Shown here: piece by piece, positions 12,514 to 25,765 of the stretch
How positions within the stretch are numbered: the stretch's first letter is position 1
How the letters are laid out: each line of letters starts with the position of its first letter
From: the human T2T-CHM13v2.0 reference genome, Homo sapiens
DNA: 64,000 nt
Assembly: GCF_009914755.1 (NCBI RefSeq)
Contig: NC_060933.1
Strand: one strand, 5' to 3'
Notes under the pieces: model-generated
Seen by the model: the letters and a program-made list of their open reading frames with translations, nothing else
Told to the model about the DNA's origin: nothing
Databases searched by the model: none
Translations under genes and position numbers: made by a program

Positions 12514-14109
12514 GTCTAGAGCCTGGGTGACCACTCCTTCCTAGCCGTGCATATGTGGTATACACCTCTAGACCTTAACAGAATGGAAAGTGAAGCAAAG
12601 AAGGCTTCGATCTTAGAAAGTGTTTAGGGTCCCTAATCTCCTTATCAGCTACACCCTACTTGTGGTTCTGGGGATTCAGCTGGAGGCAGAGAGGCAGTGC
12701 CTGAGCCCTGAGACTTCTCTACATGGTATCCAATATATTTCTTGTTGTATCATGATAGCACCACGATTAACCCATAGTTAACCTTAGCATCACAGTGATT
12801 ATGTGACCCTGGGGTAGCTCTGCCTCATCTAACCAGGCCAGGACCACTTGTGGGGATTCCAGAGTCATTAAATATGGAAAATGGGAAAAGCTATGAATTA
12901 CTTCCGGCCTCATTTGGAAGAAGCTGGCTATTTAATAGGCAGCAATTCAAGATTCAGCAGAGGAGACAGGGCCTGGCATGCATTAACTGTGTTCCCATGA
13001 ACACGCAGGAAACCTTGCCATTATTTACAATGAGGGAGCATCTGCTGCATGCCACGCAGCAGAAGGAGCAATGGCACATCACCTTGTTTCATTCTTAAGA
13101 TATCTTCAGGTAGGCAGCATGATTTCCATTTTCAGAAGAGGTAACTGAGGCTCAGAGAGACCATGTGACTTGCCCATGTCACATAGACAATCAATGGCAG
13201 TGCAGGGCTACATCCATGCATTTTTCAAAACTTGGCATGGGGATTTTAATAAGAGAAATCATGCATTTTTTTACAATTAGAATGGGAATTTACATTCAAA
13301 TAAAGGACACTTTCATTAATGGGGTTTGGGAATGTAGGATGTTATTCCCCTGCTACTTCCAAGGGAACTGCAGGAGAAGGTGTAGGAGGATGAGCAAAGT
13401 TAGTCAAGAATGGGTGCAGAGACAGTCTTGGATATGTTCCACTCCTGTTACTGATATATCACAGCCATCCTGCTCCTTGACTCCCCCACTTCAGCTTGAA
13501 AGAGCTCACCATGGACCAAGAAGGTGGCAGGTCCTGGATGAAATGCACTGCCTTAGTGTTTGTGTTTCCTCCAGCTTTCAGGCCCATGAGTGTCAGTTGC
13601 AGAGCATGTCTCCACTGATTCCCTGGCATGTGGCACAGGCAGCCCAAACAACCACTAGGGAGGCTTTGTTGCTGCCAGAGTTTTGAGCTGGGTTCTGCCA
13701 CCCTCAGGAGCCCGGTTGGAAGCTCGGAGCCTTGTGTAGGACAAAAGTCATTCTGTGGCCCTGAGCTTTGGAGGGAAGTGTTGACATCTTGCTAATTAAC
13801 ACAAAAGAGGTGTTGCTCCCTATACACTCTTCCTTTGGAAGCAGAGAGTGCAGTCAACGTAAATTGAAATTTAGATTAGGATCCCCACTCCTCCTTTGAT
13901 TAGCTCAGTGATTTTTGTCAAAGTCAAGCAACCTCTCTGAGTCTCAGGTGACTTCATTTGTTCCGTGGAATGTTCACATGAGAGATGCTGTCAATGTCTT
14001 AGTACAGGCCTTAACTCCAAATGGGCATTCAATAAATAATTGCAGTTATTATCCCGTTTTGCTACATGAAGTTTACTGAAATATAAACACATTATATTCA
14101 TTACAACAT

Positions 14110-14600
14110 TTTCACTCTTAAGTAACAAAACTCAACTTAAAACTAACCTAAACATAAACTAATAAATAAAATTTTATTTACTCAGCAAGACCAACTTTAG
14201 GTGCAGCTGGATTCAGGGATTCCAACAGTGATATCAGGACCCAGCTTCTCTTCACCCCTTAGTTCAGAGTCCCTGTGGGTATTGGCTGTATCCTGTAGAC
14301 AGGCTGTGGCCACCCACAGCTCCAGATTCACATGTTTTCCAGCTTATTAATTCCCAATGCCCATTTATTATCAATCCAGGGAAGATTTTGATTGGCCTTG
14401 CTTAGATTACACAACTTACACCTGGACCAATCACTGTTGCTAGAGGCATAGAGCACCGAGATTGGCTAATCTGGAGTCACATGACCAACTCTGTGATGAG
14501 GAAGGGGATGTTGGTAGATGGCTGGGATGACACAGACTGGAGACGAGCCGTTCTTCAATGGCGTTAAGGATGCTAGGCTGAAGAAAACAAAGCAATATCT
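14110..14600 (-). mobile_element. Old ERVL/MaLR LTR remnant (MLT1K/L- or LTR33-like)
   Basis: agtaacaaaactcaact...ttaggtgcagctggattcaggg...tgattggcc...ggaccaatcactg. Confidence 0.5.
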
Positions 14601-15820
14601 ACCTCAAGAGCCTTAGAGAAAGAGGTATTTGCTCCTGACTCTTCCCTAGGTCTCCCTATGAGTCAGTCCTAGTCCAAGTAAATTTGTTTCTAAAGTCATT
14701 AAAGAGAATTCTGTTGGCTTAGAAATACATATAGCTTCCATCAAAGTAAAATAATTTGCAGAAGAGTTGCTGTTGAGCTGTGTGAATCTGAATTGTAAGT
14801 AGGACCCCCAGGCAAAGTCTGTGACTTTGGCTTAAAACACATGGAACTCAGGGCAAAATTTCACTCAGCCAGCTGGGTGTCACATGGATGTCTCCTGCTT
14901 CAGTTGCTTTAAGACCACTGCTGTGCACATCAGTATCGAAGGGCACATGGGAACTGTTCTGCCAGTATTCTGAAGGCCCCCTTTATTCCCCCCACCACCC
15001 AACTTTTCCAAAGCAGTAACAGCCAAACACCCAAAGCCTACCTTATGTCACACGGATAGTTCTTTGACTCTGTAAGCTATAAACTTGCCAGCTCTTTCTT
15101 GGCAAACATTTGCACATTGTGCTAGCTTGAGGTTGAGAAGGTCAGGATTTGCATTTGCAAACTGATAAGGATATTTCTGTTTCGATCCCTGTCAGTCTTT
15201 TGCAGTGGTAAGAACCACAGTCTTCCTTGTGAGCTTTTTTCCTAGTAGTTATTTTATTTGTTTCACAAATACTTGTTGAACACCTGTTTTGTGTAACAGG
15301 CTGTGTTAGAAGACGAAGCCCACACATGTGAGCCAGATGTGAGCTGTCCTTCATTGCCTTGCTCTACTTCTTCAGGCCCTCCTCCCTTTTCCCACCCCTG
15401 CCAATGTAGAGAAGGCTTCCAGCACCTCTCTTTACTCAAGAGTTCTAAAGGGAGATGGAGGAAGATTACTTTGCACACCTTAGCAAACAATTTACAACAT
15501 TCCCCTGCAACATTTTCATCATTCAAGGTTGGTTCTAGGACATGGCCATGTGCTAGAGTCATGAGTTTCCTGCTTTCCCTTTTCCTCAGCTTTGCTGGCC
15601 TCAGTTTCTTCCATTACAGTATCCACTTCCCTCCCCCATTCCCACACATTTGGCACTCTTTTTTATGAAGTAGATCAATTAATCTATACCTGAGCTTCTA
15701 CCTCCATTCTTATATATGCAAAAGGCATCGTAATGGTTAGAAGACTAAAGGACCCCCAGTTTCCAGAATGTATGCTCCTTATAAAGCAATGTTAATGTGA
15801 TAGTTATCAGGCCCCATTTA

Positions 15821-16111
<291 letters not shown>

Positions 16112-17493
16112 TGAGAGGTGACAGCATGCTGGCAGTCCTCGTAGCCCTCGCTCGCTCTCGGCACCTCCTCTACCTGGGCTCCCACTTTGGCGGCACTTGA
16201 GGAGCCCTTCAGCCCGCCGCTGCACTGTGGGAGCCCCTTTCTGGGCTGGCCAAGGCCGGAGCCGGCTCCGTCAGCTTGCCCGGAGGTGTGGAGGGAGAGG
16301 CGCCGGCGGGAACCGGGGCTGCGCGCGGTGCTTGCAGGCCAGCGCGAGTTCCGGGTGGGCGTGGGCTCAGCGGGCCCCACACTGGGAGCGGCCGGCCGGC
16401 CCTGCCAGCCCCGGGAAGTGAGGGGCTTAGCACCCAGGCCAGCAGCTGCGGAGGGTGCGCCGGGTCCACCAGCAGTGCTGGCCCACCGGCACTGCGCTCG
16501 ATTTCTCGCCGGGCCTTAGCTGCCTCCCCGCGGGGCAGGGCTTGCGACCTGCAGCCCGCCATGCCTGAGTCTCCCCCCACCCCACCTCGCGCCGTTGGTT
16601 CCTGCACAGCCTGAGCCTCCCCGACGAGCGCCGCCCCCTGCTCCACGGCCCCTGGTCCCATCACTGCCCAAGGGCTGAGGAGTGCGGGTGCACGGTGCGG
16701 GACTGGCAGGCAGCTCCACCGGCGGCCCCGGTGTGAGATCCACTGGGTGAAGCCAGCTGGGCTCCTGAGTCTGGTGGGGACTTGGAGAATCTTTATGTCT
16801 AGCTAGGGGATTGTAAATACACCAATGGGCACTCTGTAGCTAGCTCAAGGTTTGTAAACACACCAGTCAGCACTTTGTGTCTAGCTCAGGGTTTGTGAAT
16901 GCACCAATTGACACTCTGTATCTAGCTACTCTGGTGGGGACTTGGAGAACCTTTGTGTCCACACTCTGTATCTAGCTAATCTAGTGGGAACGTGGAGAGC
17001 TTTTGTGTCTAGCTCAGGGATTGTAAATGCACCAATCAGCACCCTGTCAAAATGGACCAATCAGCTCTCTGTAAAATGGACCAATCGGCTCTCTGTAAAA
17101 TGGCCCAATCATCAGGATGGGGGGGTGGTGGTGGGCGGTGCAGATAAGAGAATAAAAGCAGGCTGCCAGACCTAGCAGTGGCAACCGGCTGGGGTCTCTT
17201 TCCAGGCTGTGGGAGCTATGTTCTTTCGCTCTTTGCAAGAAGTCTTGGTGCTGCTCATTCTTTGAGTTAACATCGTTTTTATGAGCTGTAACACTCACCA
17301 CGAAGGTCTGCAGCTTCACTCCAGAGCCAGCGAGACCATGAACCCACCAGAAGGAAGAAACTCCGAACACATCCAAAATCAGAAGGAACAAACTCTGGAC
17401 ACGCCCCATTTAAGAACTGTAACACTCACAGCGAGGGTCCGCGGCTTCATTCTTGAAGTCAGTGAGACCAAGAACCCACCAATTCCGGACACA
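16112..17493 (+). mobile_element. LTR12 (ERV9/HERV9) solo LTR, LTR12C-like
   Basis: Starts tgagaggtgacagc, ends ccaattccggacaca; GC/CpG-rich U3; tandem tctagct...accaat repeats; 4-bp TSD ctgg (16108-16111/17494-17497). Confidence 0.97.
16790..17190 (+). promoter_or_regulatory. LTR12 U3 enhancer/promoter
   Basis: Multiple CCAAT (NF-Y) boxes, GGGCGG 17133-17138, AGATAA 17142-17147, AATAAA TATA-equivalent 17151-17156, the known ERV9 layout. Confidence 0.7.
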
Positions 17494-17497
17494 CTGG

Positions 17498-17585
17498 GAG
17501 GCGGAGGTTGCAGTGAGCAGAGCACACCATTGCACTCCAGCCTGGGCAGCAGAGTGAGACTCTGTCTCCAAAAAAAAAAAAAAGA
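17498..17585 (+). mobile_element. AluS 3' part (split by LTR12)
   Basis: gaggcggaggttgcagtgag...gactctgtctcc plus poly-A resumes where the 5' part stops. Confidence 0.95.
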
Positions 17586-18279
17586 AAATTTTGGAGCCCT
17601 ACCCCAGGTAAACAGAATGAGAATCTCTCTGGGCAGGAGTAGTTGTTCTGAACTCTGTTGGGCTATAGGATTCACCTGGAGAGATTTTGTCTTTTTGTTT
17701 TGTTATTCAATTGTCCCCAAGTGATTGAAATATGGAGCCGGGATTGCCAGTCTTTGGATTAGAGGCACCTGCATTTTTTACAAGCATCTCAGTGACTCTT
17801 AGCCTGCTAATGTTTGCATTGTAGAAGTTTAGAGGATAAAATATAATTTTCTTCTGGAGTTCGGGGAAGGTGGAGTGAGGAGAAAACTTCCTAGGTGAGT
17901 GGTTTTGTGGGTGAAATTGGGAAAAGTGAGTGGGGTTTCATTAGTTGTGGGGAAAGGGGAACATGGACAGTTTAAATCATTACATGTTTAAATTCTAGGT
18001 TGTTTAAAACAGAGCTAGTGGTAGCCCAGCTTTGAAAGTAGATCCAACTCTAAAATGACATCCTTATTTGCCTGTAAGCATTTAAAATACTTCTTGTCCT
18101 TCCTATGATCATACACCCTTTTCCTCCCCTCTAAGGAGACAAATTCACAGGTACAGTCACTAAGGGTCGTGGATTTTTCTAAAACTTCTGCCCCACTGAT
18201 GTAGTAAGTCATGAAAATATTCCAGACATGCCAATGTTTAAATCTTCAAATTCCATTTCCAAGATGACCTCTGGCATTT

Positions 18280-18780
18280 GAAAGTGACACAAAGGTCTGT
18301 TGACAACCGCAAGTTTCAGCTGAGCGTTTTAATAATAAGGCCTCCGCCTCCCAGGCGGCCAATAACACCAGCTCTCATCAGTGTGCTGGGACAGGCGTGC
18401 GCACCGCACCAAGCCAGCTGAGGCCAAGCCTGATAACAATCAGTCAATACTGAGATCAGGCCGCTGATTGCTTTTCTCAACTTAATGCTGTTTGTTTAAC
18501 TAACACCAGTGAGAGTCCTTATTAAGGGCTGTTAACACTCTGAAATGGTGTTTGTTGAGCTTGCCAAAGTGATAAGTGATGCTGTGTTTACTCTCTTGTT
18601 CTCAAGGCTGATGGAGAAGCCTAAAACACAGTTTTGAAGTGCTTCGCTCTAATGAAGATACTAGTGAGTTCCACAAATAAGCCAATGGTTTGAGAACAGA
18701 ATCACGAAGGCTAAAAAAAGTTTGCAAATGTTTGTTGGCTTGTAATGGATTTGCTTGATGATAACCACAAAGCATACACA
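18280..18780. promoter_or_regulatory. Candidate enhancer in unique sequence
   Basis: Retained CpGs plus clustered TGATAA x3, TAACACC x2, TGTTTAC, TGTTTGTTT, CAGCTG x2, AACCRCA x2. Confidence 0.4.
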
Positions 18781-19089
18781 CACACACTACCCACTCATAC
18801 ACATTTCATTGTGTCCAAATACATCTTAAGATCTGTGCTCTTTTACTCTCAGCTCTGAGTGTAGAATGCAAGTGCTTTCTTTCCCAAACATGCGAGTGAA
18901 TTGTGCGTGCTTGTGTTCAGAAGGAGAGAAAACATCAGATGGCCGGAAACATAGAGTGAGGGACTGCTTTCCCCAAACTCGTGCCCTCTAACATAAGCAA
19001 ATGCTGGCTTTCCTGGAGAGCTAGCTTTCTTCAGGACTCTTATCCACTGTGACTCCAGTGGATTTTGGGGAGGGAGGGGTCTCTACTAT

Positions 19090-19226
19090 TGAAAGAAAGA
19101 AAAAGGGAAGAAAGGAAAAGAAGCAGGAGGGAGAGGAGGAGGAATGTGAGGAAGAAAAGGAAAGAAGAAAGGAAAAGGAGGTAGGAGAGGGAGGCAGGAA
19201 GGCAAGAAAGAAGGAGTAAGAAAAGA
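19090..19226. repeat. GA-rich low-complexity tract
   Basis: Directly visible purine run. Confidence 0.85.
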
Positions 19227-20394
19227 CCATCATTCTAATTTAAGCCCCTCATTTTAAAATAGAAAAACTGAGTTTCGGAGACAGAAAATTTCGAATGCGA
19301 AGTTGCATAACAAATCGTAAATAGAGGAAACAATGGTCTGCAAAGTCCAGGTTTTTTTATTTTCAATCCTTTTTTTTTTTTTTTTTTTGCTACACTTTGC
19401 TGTGTAGCAAACATGTTGAGAAAACATGTTGCTGGTGGGAGCTATTTCCATATTTCACCTGTTTTGACATTGGCAGTGAATAGCTGGTCCTTAGGGAAGC
19501 TTTCTTTCAAAGGGAGATAAAACTGTTTTTAAATATTGAGCAGGAAAAGCTGTCACAGATTTCAGATATACTATGGAAGAGGTTTTAAATACAAGTGTGT
19601 GCCTGTTGAATTTTAATCGTGAAATGTAGCATTATTGAAATGCTTGCTTTTTTTTTATCACCATAGTTCTGAATTATTTAAAGAACATTAAATGATACTA
19701 ATTTAGGTTGGAAAGTGGAAAAAGCTACAATCACTTCTCAGTAAACTAGGATCGGGGATTGGAGTAGAAAACCACAGAATATTGGTTGAGGGAATTCACA
19801 AAAATAAAAACATAGCAGAGGCTTAAATAGTCATCACCGCTCACCACACACAGAGGCTTCCTAATAGCTGGTTAACTTAAGTGAGAGACTTCCCTAAGAC
19901 AGGAGTAAATTTTGGGGCTGGGCCTCTTGGAGGAGGGTCAAGGGGGAAAATCCTAACAGACAAACCTCTGGGCTCCATCCCAAGCTTCCCTAGAACTGCT
20001 CCACTTTAATCTTCTCATATTTTGAAATATTTACTATGTATCAGGGACTTTTCCAAACATTATACATGTGCTAATTTATTTAATCTTTACAACCCTGTGA
20101 GGTTGACATTGTTGTTATCGTCAAGGTCAAAACGGCTAATAAATTGCAGAACTGGAATTGAGACCAAGGCAATTCAGTTCTGAGTGTATGTCCTCAACTG
20201 CATGCCACACTTACTCTGAAATTTGCAAGGATCATCTGGAGGCAATGCTGTAGACTCGGCATGCACGAATGGCCGTCTACATCACTTCATGGTGCTGCGC
20301 ATGTTGGACAGCAGATTATGCCCTTTAGCCGTGGGATGTGGCACTAGGGTAGCAGTGGGCATGGTGTTTCCTTCTCCTTGAAATTCTTTTCTTT

Positions 20395-20714
<320 letters not shown>

Positions 20715-22404
20715 TTAATTCTTGCTTCTGAGCCTTGACCATGGTGTATTTGGGAAGTAAGAAGAAAAGGAGTGTTCAGAGAGGTTGTTGATAAGCCCAT
20801 TCTCAGCAAATTCCTCTAGACTCTTCAGCAGATGTTGCAGTTTGAGTTAGATGGTTCGGTTATGAGATGCCTGATTACTGCTGTTTATCAGCTTTGAACT
20901 TTGTGGGTGATGCTTTTCTCCGAGCTGAATCTTGGTAGGGTATACAAACATTGACTTCCTGAGTATGTAAACCTCGTTAAACTTTTCAAACCAGGAATAT
21001 AATAATTGAAAAATCTGTTTTACTCTGCTATAATCATGCATTTCAGGAAATTCAGGAGCCAACAGAGAAAGATACTTCAGAATGGGAACAGATGTCAACC
21101 TTTTGCATTTTAAGAGTAGTGACATAAAATGTTCATTTTACTGTGGAAACGAGCCCACAATGTGTGCTCAGTTAATGCTAGAATTAAAAAAATTTAATAG
21201 TCACAAACTCAAGTATTTCTGAAGGTTTTGATTGGCCGCTGACTTTAAGGACTATATTGACCACCCCAGCTATTTGCAATAAACAAAAACAAACAATGGA
21301 AAACAAATCTTAATAACAATGTCCTCAGATTCTTAGCATTTCTATTTGTCTACTGTTTATTTTTTTCAAACTTATCATTTGTGATATATAAGACACTCCA
21401 CAGACCAGTGGCTTGGTATTCAAGGCCCTCACTATTTGATTTGCAACTGGCCTTACATCCGTTTTACATCTATTTAGTTAAAACTATGTTGCCTGAAAAT
21501 AACAGAAAGTCCCACCGACAGTGGAACAAACAATTAAGGAATATATTCGTCTCATGCAACAGGAAGTTCAAGGTAGACAGTTTAGGGCTAGTATGGCAGC
21601 ATGTGTACGCCACCAGCAACCCTGGTTCCTTTTATTTTCCTGGTCTGCCATTCACAGACTATAACTTTCTTCACAGAAGATGAGATGGCTTCTGCACTTC
21701 CAGGCATGGCTTCTGCCTGGGCTAAAATAAAGGTGAAGAGTGATGGGTAAAGGGCTTTCTCATAGCAGGGCTTTTGGAAAGAGTGTCCTGGACAAGAACT
21801 TCTGCCAGATCTCATCGGCCAGAGTACTATGGAGCCGGGAAGATCCACATATCTTTAGCTGGGACCATTGTCACTCAGAACAAAGTTGGGTTTTCTGTGA
21901 AAGGAAGAAGGAAATGGCAGTAGGAATGGTCATTACCAGTGTCTGCTGCACACAGCTGTGCTGCCAGAATAAATGCCTTGCAGTGCCCTGTTCATATCCA
22001 TGGACCCCCCGTTCACATTTCTGCTTATACTCTTCTTTCATCCTGAAATATTTTCACCTCCATTCTAATATTCTTATTTCCACAATTTCAAGATCCCCCT
22101 GTCTCTGGGGTACCTTTTTTCTCAGCACCTTTCCTGACATCCTTATCCCAGTGGGCAGGGGTCTCCATCTTCCCGCATTCCCACTGCCCTTTACCATCGG
22201 AGAGCCTGAGGATGTGACTTCCCTCCAGCCATCCCTGCAGTTTGGCTACCACATTCTGCAAAGCAGGGTAGAGGGCTAGTGTTCCCTAGAGAGGCTACCC
22301 TTCTCCCACTGTGTTTTGTCCAGGAGAGACACTAAATGAGTGGGGGTAGATATTTACACTTTACAACTAAGACACAAAAGGAGGCATTTTTGTTTTCTAT
22401 TGTT

Positions 22405-22540
22405 GGGGAGATCGTACTAACTAGTTTGCTTGGGACAGTTCTGATTTATGCTTGCTATTCTGGAGAAATTATTAATAGCGCCCCCTTTCACCCTCAGAAG
22501 TGTCCCAGTTTAAAAAAAATAAATTCTGTGTTTATCGATA
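22405..22540. mobile_element. MER94 hAT-Blackjack MITE
   Basis: gtttgcttgggacag...aattattaatagcgccccctttcaccctcagaagtgtcccagttt. Confidence 0.75.
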
Positions 22541-23784
22541 AATGACCTTATTTTGCAATGGAACTTCCACTCCCATTCCCTGGGGGATGGGTGGGGAGGA
22601 GAAGTTTGCCGGTTAAGGGAAACTCTGTCTCTCTGGTTTAAAACACTTTCATCTGGATTAACTCACAGTCAATTAGATATGTACTTGGCTTATTCCAAAT
22701 CTAAACTCTATCAGAGCTGTTTCTGCCCTTCGGTCTCAGGATCTTCTTTTTTCCAAAATGTGTCTGAGAGCAAGTCCCTTGTCCAAAGCACCAATGTCAA
22801 CCATTTCTAAAACTTGTCTGCTATGCCAGCATTTGGAGTTCACAGCTATATTAAGAGTTTTGGTATTATCCTTTACTTCTTCTCCCATCTATGGCTTTTA
22901 ATTTTACAGGGAGTTGGAGGTGACATTTGACCTCCTTCTTCCTCATCTTCCTTTATTTTTGTCTTGTGAGCATTTTCTGTTTCTTCTCCTTTAACTTATA
23001 GCTTGTAGGAAACTCTCAATCCCAAGTCCACTAGACTTGAGTTTTGATAGGTAATGGAATGTAGAAAGCCATATTTTCCTTTCAATGAAGTTTAATTAAT
23101 TAATTTATTTTTTTATTTAATAAGGAATATATGCTTCTGGGCAGAAAGAGGGAAAATCATGAGCAATGATATGTGGGTTGAGAAGGGGAGAAAAAGACAA
23201 TTCTGTATTTTCCCCCAAAGGATGATCCCTGTTATAGCTACTTACTGAGTGACTTGATAAACGTGTGACTTCATACAACTTTCCAGAAGCTACCTAATGC
23301 CAAAAACCATGAAGAAAGAGTATATATGTGCTAATACCCTTGTAACACAGTGGAATTCGGTGTCTCTACTGGCACTCCTCATGGACCCTCACCCTTCAAG
23401 GGTGGTCCTGGCTATTGTTGGAGCCCCAGATCATTTCACTCCCCAGCCAACTCTCTGGGCCTTGCAGTGATTCGCTTATAAATGTAGAAAACAGAATTTA
23501 TTCTGCATCACCAGATAAAGACTGAGCAGTCTAAAGAAAGTTCAGTGCATTAAAACTGCTTTAAATCTTCCAGATTATGGCAAAATGGCTAGGTAGAGAA
23601 AAGAAGTGAGCTCTATTCTCTGTTTCACTGTGGCTAAACTGTGCATTGGTTTCTAATTTTATTATTGCCCATAAAATAAGCGCAGTGTTATATGTGTTTA
23701 TTATATATATATTATATATATATATTTATTTATATACGTATATTTAATTTCCAAGAGAGCTTTAGAAAAATTTTGTAAGACAGC

Positions 23785-23960
23785 TGTGGAGTCGATGAAA
23801 AATGCTGAACTTGAAATCTGAGGACCTGGATTTGGATCTTCATCTAACTCCCTATAAAATTGCTTAGTCTTGGTTTCTTCCTCTGTAATAAGGATTATAC
23901 CTACCTCACAAAATTGCGACAAGAATTAAATGAGATAATGCAATTGGTGATGCATTGTAA
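23785..23960 (+). mobile_element. MIR
   Basis: gtttcttcctctgtaataaggattatacctacctcac...gaattaaatgagataatg. Confidence 0.7.
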
Positions 23961-24154
23961 AATAATTTATTAGATATGAAAGCATCCAATGTTTTTAAGA
24001 GAGAAATTTATCTGTGTAGCAAATGTTATATCCAGACATTGTGAGCACAAACTGTGAAAGCAGATCTAAGCATCTAAATTTATAGATACACAATGGTACC
24101 TAGCAGCGGGGAATTGTGACAGCCTGGAAAGTCATCTTTCCAAGGCTAAAAATG

Positions 24155-24479
24155 GGCCAGGCGTAGTAGCTCATGCCTGTAATTTCAGCAGTTTTGGAGG
24201 CCGAGGTGGGAGGATCACTTGAGCCCAGGAATTTGAGACCAGCCTGGGCAACATAGGGAGACCCTGTCTCTTCAAAAAATTAAAAAACTTGGCCAGGTGT
24301 GGTGGCGCATGCCTGTAGTTCCAGCTACTTGGGGGGGCTGAGGTGGAAGGATTGCTTGAGTCTGGGAGGTCAAGGCTGCAGTGAGCCATGATCACGCCAT
24401 TGCACTCCAGTCTGGATGACAGAGCTGATCCCGTCTGAAAAAAAAACCCCAAAAACCAAACCAAACCAAACAAAAAAAA
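24155..24479 (+). mobile_element. AluJ
   Basis: ggaggatcacttgagcccagg, ggtcaaggctgcagtgagccatgatc. Confidence 0.95.
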
Positions 24480-24970
24480 TGCTAAAGAGGCAAAAAGTTG
24501 ATGACAAAGGCCAGAGGGGGACTCTGTTTCTTTTCCAAGCTCTGGGTAGGCAGTGTCTCCTGGAAAGAAGGATGTGTTCCTCTCACTAAATTGTAATTAA
24601 GGCAAGCAATAAAATAAAGTTCCCTGATGTTTGCATAGGCTTTTTTTTTTTTCTTCAAGGAGAGCCAGGGAGTCAAACCCTGCCTGTCGCACTCCAAAAC
24701 TTAAAATTGTCTTCCTGTCCATGAGGATTAATACTTTTGTTTTCAAAAAGGCTATTGGTCCATGGAAGAAAGAGAAACTTCCTTTTTGAAAAGAAAACCT
24801 CAGTGCTGCAAAGAAAGTTCATGAAGATGGTATATCCATGAAGGTCCTTTCTCTTCCTAATAATAGCTAAGAAGTGTTTCCAAGTGTGAATAGGGAGTCT
24901 GATCATTCTGGTGATCCTTTGAAGCTCCCTCTACTGGGGTCCTGTCTTCTCTTTTCTTTCTTTTCTTTTC

Positions 24971-25041
24971 TTTCCCTTTCCCTTTCCCTTTCCCTTTCCC
25001 TTTCCCTTTCCCTTTCCCTTTCCCTTTCCCTTTCCCTTTCC
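24971..25041. repeat. (TTTCCC)n hexamer, 11 perfect units plus a partial unit
   Basis: Directly visible; occupies the AluY tail position. Confidence 0.97.
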
Positions 25042-25316
<275 letters not shown>

Positions 25317-25648
25317 CAGATTTCATCTTTTCAAGGAATCCTGATCTCTTGGGAGCTAGAGAGATGGTTTGCCTTAGCTTATTTGTGTGACCAAGGAGAC
25401 AGACAAAAGACTTCTCTTTCCAGGAATTCAAATTCCTAGAATCCTGGGACCTTGGAGAAGAAAAAGAAGTAGTACTAGTGGGCTACTTGCTCTTTAAAGA
25501 GCTGGATCTTACCGCTTCTTTTGAAATGTGGTGTGAGGGCAGTATAGAGAGTTCTTTCACCTGAGGACCTGCAGAGTCTGCTCCATAGGGGAATGAACAA
25601 ATGATTGCATCCATCTTGTAAACCTGTTTCCTCAAAGCCTGACATCTG

Positions 25649-25765
25649 AGGCTGAGGCAGGAGAATGGCGTGAAGCGGGGGGAGGCGGAGCTTGTAGTTA
25701 GCCGAGATCACACCACTGCACTCCAGCCTGGGCGACTGAGCGAGGCTCCGTCTCAAAAAAAAAAA
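25649..25765 (+). mobile_element. 5'-truncated AluY
   Basis: ggagaatggcgtga...gcggagcttg; poly-A; TSD cctgacatctg (25638-25648/25766-25776). Confidence 0.93.

Noticed and set aside
13165-13686. 173-aa ORF
   Set aside because: Non-ATG start, begins in MIR-like sequence, no recognisable protein similarity.
16790-17110. Spaced repeats superficially like a CRISPR array
   Set aside because: Known LTR12 U3 tandem repeats in eukaryotic DNA; no unique spacers or cas genes.
20249-20281. tgtagac...gtctaca hairpin as miRNA/snoRNA
   Set aside because: About 12 bp with bulges; too short, no box motifs.
21740-22279. 179-aa ORF, the longest in the window
   Set aside because: Overlaps degenerate LTR/L2-like sequence; no domain features or exon structure.
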